Origin: Eledone cirrhosa | Lineage: Eukaryota | Assembly (NCBI GenBank): GCA_964016885.1 | Contig: OZ024743.1 | Coordinates: 178,126,001-178,190,000, forward strand | DNA length: 64,000 nucleotides | Direction of reading: 5' to 3' | In this document: piece by piece, positions 37,780 to 49,190 of the stretch | How positions within the stretch are numbered: position 1 is the first letter of the stretch | Layout of the letters: each line of letters begins with the position of its first letter | Notes under the pieces: model-generated | What the model saw: only the letters and a program-made list of their open reading frames with translations | Database searches by the model: none | Told to the model about the DNA's origin: nothing | Position numbers and translations under genes: made by a program

Positions 37780-40380
37780 TTTTCCACTACTATTTTATGG
37801 GTGCCACTTTACTGCTGCTTAGTCAGGCCGGATCTAAGAGGCATAGTTGGTGTACAGATATTTAGTTATGCAACCTGCCCTCCGGCGCGTTATGGTTTGG
37901 TGCAGAGGGACCCAGTTTATGGTGTTCAGGTCTCAACCGGGGTCCAACCATAGAATGACTGCTGTATTCTGTGTCTGTAATTTATCACAGATTCTGCTCT
38001 GCTGTTGATGAGCTCTGGGGTGCTCTTACGATATGGTAAAGTTCCATGAGACAGAGCTGGCACTTCCTCTTGAAGCTGTATGGAGTTGCCAAGCTGATGT
38101 TGGAGTCTTTCAATGTTGTGATGTAGTTGGCGAGTGATGTGGAGTACCTTAGCCTCTTGTTTCTAAAAGAGTGGAAATGCGTTCGAAATCTAGTTTTGAA
38201 CGAGCCAAAGGTGGCCCCTATATAATGCTTGACGCTATTATGGCTAGTTACAGTGCACCTATAAATAACATTGTCTGTCAGGCAACTTCCCCTGAGCGGA
38301 CAGCTTCCTTGGTCTCGACAGTTGCAGTGTCGGCCGCGGTCGCTGCTGCTGCGGTGGCTCCTAGTGCCCGAAGTAAGACTATTACCATCACTACCTATGT
38401 TATTATCTACACCATCGCCGTTATCTCCGTAGTTAGTACTATCTATTATATCCTATGGCGCGTGGGGTAGTACAATTATTACTCCGCGCGCCACAGTGCC
38501 TTCTGTTGCCGCCTCACAACCGGTACAGTTCACCAGAATGCTCCCCAGTCTCACCGCTGTTATGGCGGTTGCGTCTGTTGGAGCTGCCACCAACACTGTT
38601 GGGTGCTGCTAGGGAAACGTTAAGGCTATTAAGGTTGCTGTCAAGTCTAGATCTATCGCTGCTATGGTGCCGTGCTTGGGTGAGTTTACTGTAATTAGTT
38701 ATCCCTATGATGTCTGCTAGATTAGGTGTAGTGGAGAAGGATATTTTAATATTATTCTTATTGAGGATTTTCCTGTACTTTTGGTTGGGTGGGAAGTTCT
38801 TCTCTAATGCTTCGAAGAATATCCTAGGTAAGTGAGAGGCCACACTCCAAGAGTAGGGAGGATGGAACCATAGGACATTACGTTGGCGATTACGGGTCGT
38901 GTTGGCTAGGTAACCGTTCTTATTGTTGCTACTGTGCTGCAGCCTACTGTGATGCAGCCTACTGCGCATCCCCCCTCGCTTTATGCTCGGGTGGACTCGC
39001 CTTCCTTGCGTTACGTTTACGTGTAGCTAAACATCGGTTGGAGGGTGTAGGTAATAGGCCATCGCTATTGTTAATCCTATAGGCAGGGAATAATTCTAGT
39101 AGGTTACAGCAGCTACCGTTGCCCATATCATGACCCTTATTATGCGGTAGGCCTCCCACACCACCACTCAGGTAGTTAACGCTACAGCCGTGTTTCTTAG
39201 TGCGATTCTCTATACTATAATTATTGACTCTATCATGACCGCTGCGTATTTGGTTATAGGTATGGCTTACTATAACATTAGTCCTATGATAAGGCTGGTT
39301 TCTAGAGTCTGCGTTAAGGAAGTAGGAGAATATTCGGTTACATCCGGCATCCAGCAAGGCTTTATTGTAGTAGTCAGCAGCTTGGTTGAAGAGGTCCTCG
39401 TTGGCGGATAGCCTCGAGATCCTATGTGATATGCTATATACTATGGAGTTGAGAGTAGACTTAGGGTGGTTGGATACATAATTAATATATGATAGAATAT
39501 CACCGGGCTTATGGTATGGCTTGTACAGGCCCGTACCCAGCTCCAGGGTCACGTCTAGGAAGTTGACTATCTGGTGGTTGAGGTCTATAGTTACGGATAG
39601 GCCGTATGATTTGAAGAACCTGTGTATGCGTTTGTAAAGGTTCTCTATCCTGCGGAGGCTATGGTTGCTAACGGTAAATAGGGCGTCGTACCTATATACA
39701 CCTCCTTGTCGGACCGGGATCTCGTCCCTAAGTCTATGGAGGAGGTATATTCCAACCAGGTTGGTCGCTTGCGCCGAGTCACTAGACCCCACGATTGGTT
39801 CTGGTCCAATGGGAACCCTCGAACTGGATAATAGTTCTGCGCGCTGCTAGTACTATATCTATTTCTTTTTTAGTGAGGCTTGTGTTAGATCTAGCTAAAA
39901 TAAGGGCCTTGTTTAAGAGTATGGAGGAGATACAGGCGTAGTAGCTGTCTTTGTCAAACTGGATGAACTTTAGAGCTGTCTTATCGAACAACTCGGTGAA
40001 CCAATTAATGACTTGGTCGGTGTTGTTCCAGAGATAGACCTTAGCTTTGCTATTAATTTCAAGTATTACTCTATCGCGGATCACTTTACTAATATTACCT
40101 ATATCTGATGTAGAGGAACATATTAATCTAATAGAGAGGCTTTCATTAAAGTTACATTTGTGATCCTTAAGAGAGAATCTAGGTGTCATAGGGACATATG
40201 GATTAATGTACTTATCTATGTCTAAGCTAGTCACTATATCCTAACCTACTCTATTAATGTCATTTAAGGTACTATTGGGTGTTTTTTTATAATTTTTGTG
40301 TAATTCGTTATAAATGAATTGTTTGTACTTGCTCCCGTTCATCTTATACAGCTTCTTGTAGCCGCTGTGCTTATATTCTC
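37780..40380 (-). mobile_element. decayed Naiad-type PLE
   Basis: LKDHK, IQFD..SYY, MGS.DSA, GGVYRYDA (mutated YRDD), SNHP, LWFHPPYS, CNCRDQGSCPLRGSC, VIY..YIG and CQLC. Confidence 0.9.
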
Positions 40381-40533
40381 GCACACTAAATATTAACGCT
40401 TCAGATATTTAACCCTGTAGGCACAAGTATTGAGCACAAATGCACCAGCTTTTGGCAACTAACTATAGGTATCGCTTAGCCCTTTAAACCTCTACTCTCT
40501 CACGGTACTAAAATATTCTATATATATATATAT

Positions 40534-41365
40534 ATAAGTTATAATAATCAAAGTTCTGTTCAAATCATTTATATGCTTACAATTGTTTCCTCCAAACCGA
40601 GGTTTGGATTCTTCTTCGGAGCAATTTATTAATGAATGATCACATATATGACCTCCTTTTCAACCCAAGAGACATACAGATACATATGCATATATTGTTG
40701 CTTGGTGGATCGACATCCATTATAACATTTAGCTTTTATAACATTCATATAAAAGATATACTACCAGTACAACCCCCTTAATAATCTTTTTTACCCGCTT
40801 AAAGTGCTTGTATTACATGTAACACCCTGCCGCACTATAATATTTATAAATAAGACACACGTGCTTGCCACACGTATAACTGTTGCACACATTTACTGCT
40901 TCTGACTATCCTATCGCATTAATTTCATGTTGTATTTTAACATTAATTTTAATTTTATCCTCTTTTGATATGAATGTAATCTTTAAATGTATACTGCCAC
41001 GCTAAATGTTATAATGGATGTCGACCCACCAAGCAACAATATATGCATATGTATCTGTATGTCTCTTGGGTTGAAAAGGAGGTCATATATGTGATCATTC
41101 ATTAATAAATTGCTCCGAAGGATCCAAACCTCGGTTTGGAGGAAACAATTGTAAGCATATAAATGATTTGAACAGAACTTTGATTATTATAACTTATATA
41201 TAACTGCTCTGTAAAACAACTGATGTTATTACATTGAGCTATTTATCTTACTGGTAATAAGGTAGTAATATATTACTGCCTATCACTATTTAGGGTTTGA
41301 GAAAAAATATGTCTAACTACAAAAGATTTTTGTATATGCATAACCATAAATAGTATCCTTAATAC

Positions 41366-41370
<5 letters not shown>
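40534..41370. mobile_element. non-coding pLTR-like unit with ~195-bp inverted copy, HHR in each arm
   Basis: 40534-40730 is the reverse complement of 41002-41200. HHRs at 40574-40623(-) (CCGAAGA, stem II TCCAAACC/GGTTTGGA, GAAA-CAATTG-TA) and 41111-41157(+) (core damaged). Confidence 0.8.
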
Positions 41371-41416
<46 letters not shown>

Positions 41417-41422
<6 letters not shown>

Positions 41423-42250
41423 AATACATCTACCAACATATGCGTACAGATGTACACTAATACTAGTAAATATATAAGTTATGTCAAAGTACCTAGGTGG
41501 TTCAATGCAGGGGATGCAGAACAATTATATGAAAGACGTAAAATAAGAAAATTTTAAAAATTTAAAATTAACTTACTAAAATTTTCACTCCAACTAATTA
41601 GTTTCTGTAATGGGATAAATATAGTTCCACAATGTAACTATCGAGAATTCATTACGTCATCAGGCAGTCTATTCTCAGCTAAGTTCCCAGGCAATGCGCG
41701 GACACTAGGAACCCATATAAAAATAATAATTCAGTGGATGTAATAAGCTAGCGGGGACTAAATTCCATAGCACTGAAAAAGTTCACTGCCTCTGGTCAGT
41801 GGTGGATTCTAAAAAATCAATCACGTGACACTGAGGTTAGTCAGTTAGGAGGGGGTGGTATTATGACAAGAGCCTACTACTACTACTATGAATTAGCAGT
41901 AGATTTGGCAAGTTTGCTCAACAAATAATTTGGAGATAAATATATAGAATTAATACATCTACCAACATATGCGTACAGATGTACACTAATACTAGTAAAT
42001 ATATAAGTTATGTCAAAGTACCTAGGTGGTTCAATGCAGGGGGATGCAGAACAATTATATGAAAGACGTAAAATAAGAAAATTTTAAAAATTAAAAATTA
42101 ATTTTAGTAAGTAAGTTAATTTTTAATTTTTAAAATTTCTTATTTTACGTCTTTCATATAATTGTTCTGCATCCCCCTGCATTGAACCACCTAGGTACTT
42201 TGATATAACTTATATATTTACTAGTATTAGTGTACATCTGTACGCATATT
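41417..42250 (-). mobile_element. non-coding HHR unit (~530-bp period) with direct repeat and fold-back
   Basis: 41417-41572 is repeated at 41947-42101 and then inverted at 42102-42248. HHR at 41587-41668(-): CTGATGA-GTAATG/CATTAC-GAAA-CTAATTAG-TT. Confidence 0.78.
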
Positions 42251-42267
42251 TTTTCTTATTTTACGTC

Positions 42268-42298
<31 letters not shown>

Positions 42299-42399
42299 GT
42301 ATTAAGGATACTATTTATGGTTATGCATATACAAAAACCTTTTGTAGTTATATATATAGTTATATATATAGTTCCATTAGTACAAATTTACCAGTACTC

Positions 42400-44091
42400 T
42401 TCTTTAAAATAGTTAAGAGACATTTTCCTACATCACACAAATACCACAAAATCCTAAACCCTACCACTATAAGACTGTCATACTCTACAGCGATAAACTT
42501 GAACAACACATAAAAAAGATCAATACTAGAAGGTTAAACGAAAACACTAAAAACTTAAGTACAAAGAACACACAAAAAAAGTAGACAATACACGACAGAA
42601 CATAAATAAACCACACCTATGTTCGTCCGCAATACTACTCCAGAGTAAACCTAACTACAAAACCAACGTACACAACTGTAACTGCACCTATCCTGACAAT
42701 TGCCCCCTCGGCAATAACTGCCGTGAAAAAAATATCATCTATAAGTGTACCATTGAATCCGGAGGCAACGAGTGGTATTACGTGGGATCAACGGCAACAT
42801 CGTTTAAATCTCGATTATATAGGCATTCTTACTCAATAAAACACCAGAGCCAAAGAAATGTAACAACTTTAGCAGAAAAAGCTTGGACGCTCAGGGATAG
42901 CGATCAAAAGTTTACCCTAAAATGGGAGAAATTAGCTAAAACCCAAAGCTTTTCAAGGAGCCAAAATTTCTGCAAATTGTGTAATCTTGAGATTTATTAC
43001 ATAATCACACACAAGAAGAAATTGCTTAATAACAGAATTTAACGAACATTATTCTGCCGTCACCGAACTAAAACCCTTTTTTCCCACTACAAGCTGAATA
43101 TTACATAAAAGAGGGACATCCCCCCCAACTATATAAACCTCAATCTAGTTAGAAAAATATAAAAACAATCTCTTCTCAACATATATATGTATATTAATAA
43201 CCTTAAATTACCACACTAATAATGGATAGATAGGCTGATGAGAATAGGTGCTAATATGCTATAATGAATGTGTCTAAAAGCGACCATATGTATGTGTATA
43301 TATATGTGAAAATGTATATAAATAAGTAAATATATATATATGTTTGATGTGGATAGTTAGATGTATGTGTATTCATGTATTAAAGTGTTTATATATATAT
43401 ATATATACACACATAGACAGGAGTATGTATGTATATATGTGTGTGTCTATACGTGTGTATATGAAGATAAGTTGAGTATGAAAATGTATATACATGAATG
43501 CGTATGTATGTACATATATATATGTGTATATATATGTATATATATATATGTGCAGGTATATATGTATATAAGTATGAGCATGTAAGTATGTGTATGTGAG
43601 TGTATGTATTTTATAGAGGTGAGCATATATGTTTGTGTGTGAATGTGTGGGAGAACGGAGACGTACACTTGAAAGAAAAATTTAAGTCTGAATGTTAATT
43701 AAGTGCAAACACAAAACCAACCATGCATATCTTTACTGTCTGTAATCCTTCTATAGATTTAGAAAAATAACCAACGCCAAATAATGTATTCTATAAAAAT
43801 GTCAAAACAACAGATGGGAATCTAATTACCCACTGCTATCAAAAAAATCTCTATCCACTCCCTTAACTATTTTTCTAAAAACTTCACCCCTCCCTCTTAA
43901 TATTCTCTATAAAAACCAAACAGGTTCTCAATAAAATTATTCTGATGAAATGATAGTTGATAATAACATTGAAATATTGAGTGTCTGCATAATTAATACT
44001 TTGTAGATAGCAGCTGTTTTCAGGTTATGTAACTGTTATTGAAACACATGTCAATAAATTCCTTTTAACTGAACTGTATCCATTTAAATCC

Positions 44092-44095
<4 letters not shown>
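42400..44095 (+). mobile_element. 5'-truncated Naiad-type PLE with 3' HHR at 43935-43994
   Basis: HKYHKILNP, CNCTYPDNCPLGNNC, IIYKC..YYVG and CKLCNLE. HHR AATTATT-CTGATGA-AATG/CATT-GAAA-..-TC. Confidence 0.85.
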
Positions 44096-44139
<44 letters not shown>

Positions 44140-44278
44140 ATGTATATATATATATACATATATGTATATATATATAAATATATATATATGTGCATACATA
44201 TATATATATATATATACATATATACAGTATATATATATATATATACATATATATACATACATATATATATACATATAT

Positions 44279-44350
<72 letters not shown>

Positions 44351-44410
44351 CTTCAGATCGGTGTGGAAGTATATATATATATACATACATATATATGTAT
44401 ATACATCTAC

Positions 44411-44442
<32 letters not shown>

Positions 44443-44458
44443 GTACAAACTTTGATAA

Positions 44459-44505
44459 TGCTCCGATGACTCCGAACGAAAGTTTGGAAGAAACAATTGT
44501 CAGCA
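44459..44505 (+). ncRNA. isolated HHR (CCGATGA core) between (TA)n arrays
   Basis: TGCT-CCGATGA-TCCGAAC-GAAA-GTTTGGA-GAAA-CAATTG-TC-AGCA, related to the 40574 and 41111 motifs. Confidence 0.75.
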
Positions 44506-44921
44506 ATTAAATGATTTGAACATAACTGTGATATCTGTGTAATTTATACATACATATATATATATATTTACATACATATATCTATATATATACATACCTA
44601 TATCTATATATTTACATACATATATCTCTATATATATACATATATCTATATATTTACTTACATATATATATATACATATAGTCGTTCATCAGAATAAAGA
44701 ATGAGAAATAAAATAGATTGAAGGGACGGGCGGGATGGAATTGGAAAAAGTGTCTTTAGATAAAAATAACAGGTCCATTCATGTTCACATCTCTTGCAAA
44801 ACTGTTGGTGCTGGCATTTTGTGTATGATTTGTTTTTTAGTGGATGATGGCAGGCGTCTACCTGAAATGGAAAAAAAACGTTTTATAAAAGGAGCTCTAC
44901 TTGAGCATGTGCGTAAGCATG

Positions 44922-44990
<69 letters not shown>

Positions 44991-44995
44991 GTGCG

Positions 44996-45101
<106 letters not shown>

Positions 45102-45266
45102 CGTCTGTACGTAGCTAAGAAGAAATGTGTGTGTGTATGGAGTGTGTGTGCATGTAAGTACGAAGCTATGAGCAAAAGTATGTTAGACATGTATTAGTAG
45201 TAAGAGAAGCTGCTAATGATCAAGTGAAAGCGATAGGAATCTAGGGGTGTGATAATGGACGGGGTA

Positions 45267-45960
45267 TTAGAGAAATTGGGCAGGTGAGTTGAGTCCAAGA
45301 GGGGAATAGGATCCAAGGCGTTGAATCAAACTATGTTCAGTCCTGGTGCGCGATCCCTGTGATCCATGATGTAAAAGGACACCTAATTCTGAAACATGTA
45401 GGGGAAAATGACCAGGAGAACAGAAATGACGGGCGACAGGAGTATCCAAACCGAGTCGTATGTCCCTCAAATGTTCGGCAAAACGGTCCGCCATACAGCG
45501 CCCCGTTTGTCCGATATATAAAGACCCGCAAATGGAACACCGGAGCGCATAGACAACGTGGGTGGATGTGCAGGTGAAGAAATGGCGGATACGGAAAGAC
45601 CCGTTAGGGCCTGTAAGAGTGGTGAGGGTGGAAATAAAGGGACAAATGTTGCAGCGGGAACGGGAACAAGGATGAGAGCCGGGTGGAGTCGTGGGAGACG
45701 ACGAAAAAGAACTGCAAACCAGAAGGTCGCAGAGGTTTCGGGCGCGCTTAAAAGCAGTAATGGGTGGGTTTGGAAAAAAGCGAGAAGTGACGGGGTAAGA
45801 AGAGAGGACACGAAAGGAACGGAGGATATGTCGCCGGAGTGGTAGGGTGATGGAGTGGTAAGTGAGAGGGAAAGGAACACGGGTGTTGGGAGGGCGTGGT
45901 GCGGTGAGAGGGCTGTGGTGCGGTCTATAACAAGAACGATTGGTTACTCCTTCATTACGT
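45267..45960 (-). mobile_element. Neptune-like PLE GIY-YIG endonuclease 3' fragment
   Basis: FKRARNL.DLLV, CSRSRCNIC, FTCTSTHVVYALRCSICGSLYIGQT, RFAEH, PVARHF and E..LI..LG..P.GLN. Confidence 0.88.
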
Positions 45961-45969
45961 TTATTGGTT

Positions 45970-46056
45970 GGTGACGCGCGTTTCGCCACTGATTAGCTCA
46001 AGTTTCGATCTGTATCGATCCGGCCCGACTCTGCAATCTGTGGCTCCTCAGACGCC
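45970..46056 (-). ncRNA. HHR with long stem II directly upstream of the endonuclease fragment
   Basis: CTGAGGA-GCCAC..GTGGC-GAAA-CGCGCG-TC. Confidence 0.72.
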
Positions 46057-46496
46057 TTGTAATGTTAATGGGAAATGAACATGCTGTATGATAAAGTCAG
46101 ATGTTCCTATGGTGGTTAGTGAAGTTTGTTTTGATTGGTGGATTAATTCATAGGGATATTTTTGCCTGTAATGTCTGTGTGTGTGGAGAGGGGGGCTGAT
46201 AAGTTGGTGATGCCGGCCGTAGGTTGAAGTGGGTGGCAGTGTGGGGGTGCTGGTTGTCGGTAGACAGTTTGGCATGTAGATGTGGCTGATTTTTGTGTGT
46301 GGATGTGGTGTCGTGGTTTATGATAAGTATGAAAGGCTGCAGAGTTTATGGTGGGGTGGGTGATATTTGTGGTAGTGGGCTGTTAAGGGGCTCTTTCTAT
46401 AAGGAGTTAATGTTCTCATTGTATGTAAAAGCACATAAATACATATATACACACACAGCCTGACAAATATATTGTATACATATACATGTGTGTGTA

Positions 46497-46531
<35 letters not shown>

Positions 46532-46532
<1 letters not shown>

Positions 46533-47313
46533 AACATAAATCATCGATATTCGCATTTCGGCCCACGAAATAACGAAAAACAACCTCCGAGATGCGCGGC
46601 AAGTGCTCAATGATTCAGATGAACCAGAGCTATAACAGACGTTAAAGGCCAAACACACTCAGATGATGGTTAAACAATCATTCGGATAGCCAAAAAAACG
46701 ATCAAGTAATTCGGGTATTGAAAATTTACCCGGACCCCTGGAAGGTTGGTAAAATCCAGTATATGGGTTTCTGCGACTCCTAAATCAAGTACCGTACGCT
46801 TACATAAATAATGTCAGGCTTCTGGTAAGATGATTGAACAAGGAAGCCACTTTCTCAACAGGTTTTAGTTCAATGTTAATACAAGGACTGACTATTGCTG
46901 ACCCCACGTGGGGATCAGCAAGGGAGGCAACCCCTATATCAGGCGAATGAATTCAGTTGTGTATATTTTTGCAAGAATGCAAAAACATCACAAATCGAAT
47001 AGAGTTCTCAACAGAAGGGTTAAAATTAACATAAGCCATTCATCAGTTAATAGAATCAACTAAAAAATCAAGAAAATTAACTGGTCAATAGCTAGAGTCT
47101 GGAGAATAATACAAACATAAATTATCGAGATTCGCATTTCGGCCCACGAAATAACGAAAAACAACCTCCGAGATGTGCGGCAAGTGCTCAATGATTCAGA
47201 TGAACCAGAGCTATAACAAACGTTAAAGGCCAAACACACTGAGACGATGGTTAAACAATCATTCGCATAGCCAAAAAAACGATCAAGTAATTCGGGTATT
47301 GAAAATTTACCCG
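46532..47313 (-). mobile_element. non-coding retro-unit, 581-bp period, about 1.35 copies
   Basis: 46532-46732 is repeated at 47113-47313. Contains the variant HHR. Confidence 0.8.
46728..46863 (-). ncRNA. U3-A8 variant hammerhead ribozyme
   Basis: ACCTG-TTGAGAA-long stem II (GTGGC.TCCT/AGGAGTCGC)-GAAA-CCC..CTGGA/TCCAG-GGG-TC-CGGGT. Confidence 0.7.
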
Positions 47314-47870
47314 ATATATCTATAGCCAGTGGGGATGGCGATTGTACAAACATACATACATACAGACACACACACATGAGTTGTTTAGGGTGGGATGCTC
47401 GGCATGGTATGTGTTAGTGATGTTGATGGTTGTGGAAGTGGGGTGATGTGCTTTGTCGTGGTGATGAGTCCGACATGTTATTTACAGTATCGAATGTTAC
47501 GATGGATTACAAGTTAAAAAGTGACAGAGAAAACACAAAGAAAACAATGGTACTGAAATGAGAGATGCTGTGGTACGTTATAGGTGATTATTCCTATTTC
47601 GAGTTCGATTTAGGGTTAGTCCTTGTCACCTGGCCGAATATCTGGGCGTGTTAGTGATGTTGATGGTTGTGGATGTACGGCGATGTCTTTGGTGGTGATG
47701 GGTGCGACATGATATTTACAAGATCGGATCTTACAATGGGTTACATGTTAGAGAAGACAAAGGTACTGAGATGAGGGATGGTGTGGTAAAGGATATATAT
47801 ACATATATATATATATATATAGGAACACGTAAGACCCCGACGGCTGAGCTCAAGCCGTTTCGACGGCTAA

Positions 47871-47910
<40 letters not shown>

Positions 47911-48166
47911 TATATTATATATTTTTTCTTATATTTATTTGTGTGTGTGAGTATTAGGTGTGTGTATATATTTCTATATTTGTGCATGCGTATGTATACG
48001 TGTATATATGTGTGTATGTATGTGTATGTATGTACGTGTGTATATACGTATGATTGTGTGTATGTATGTGTATGTATATATGTATGTATATGTATGTGTA
48101 TGTATATATATATATATATGTGTGTGTGTATATATATATGTATCTGTGTGTATGTAAATGTATGTT

Positions 48167-48220
<54 letters not shown>

Positions 48221-48292
48221 TGTATATGTGTGTGTGTGTATGCACGTTTGTGTATTTGTATGTATGTGTATGTATGGATATGTTGATATTTA

Positions 48293-48326
<34 letters not shown>

Positions 48327-48496
48327 TGTGTATGTATGTGTGTATGTATATATATATATGTGTATGTATATATTTGTGTGTGTGTGTTTGCATGTGTGTT
48401 TTTATTTTTCCTTTCCTTCTTCCTTTTCCAGCCTCACTTTCATATAGATTATATTTTTGTTTTTAAAATCCAACACCAATAAATACACCAGGATTT

Positions 48497-48557
48497 TTTC
48501 ATTCTGATGATTGAAAGCAAAATTTTTTTGCTTTTAAGAAACCACTGGTAAATGAAA
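48497..48557 (+). ncRNA. HHR
   Basis: TTTCATT-CTGATGA-TTGAAAGCAAAA/TTTTGCTTTTAA-GAAA-CCACTGG-TA-AATGAAA. Confidence 0.85.
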
Positions 48558-48650
48558 TAATTGCCTTATGTTGTTTATTACATAACTATTAAGCTCTGTT
48601 ACCTACATAGAGCTCTCTTTTTTCCTGGACTTTTCCGACGGAATTACTTC

Positions 48651-48689
<39 letters not shown>

Positions 48690-48695
<6 letters not shown>

Positions 48696-49159
48696 ATTAA
48701 ATAAATGGAAAACTATATTTATAAAACCATATTTATTTCATTATATATATTTCGGGGATATCATATTAACAATATGCTATGCCTTCATCAGACAAAATAC
48801 AATATAAACAGTTTTATAGATAAATATATTCGACATACCGTAATAAACATCAACTTCATTTGAAGAGGTTTACGCTAGCAGTGAAAATACAGAGAGAAAG
48901 AAAGAGAAAAAGAAAAGAGGGAAAAAAAAAAGAAAGAAAGACAAAACGAAGAAAAGGAAGAAAAAGAAGAAAAAGAAAAAGAAGAAATGCATGGGACAAA
49001 ATAGAGAGATGGAAAAATAGATAAAGCGAAGAGCTTCATGTAAAGAGACAGAAAGATATATATATATATATAGAGAGAGGAAATAGAGATAGATACATAT
49101 ATATATATAGAAAATTAGGTAGTGGGAGGTCATTTTGAGTAAGTGTATCAATGATACAT

Positions 49160-49190
<31 letters not shown>

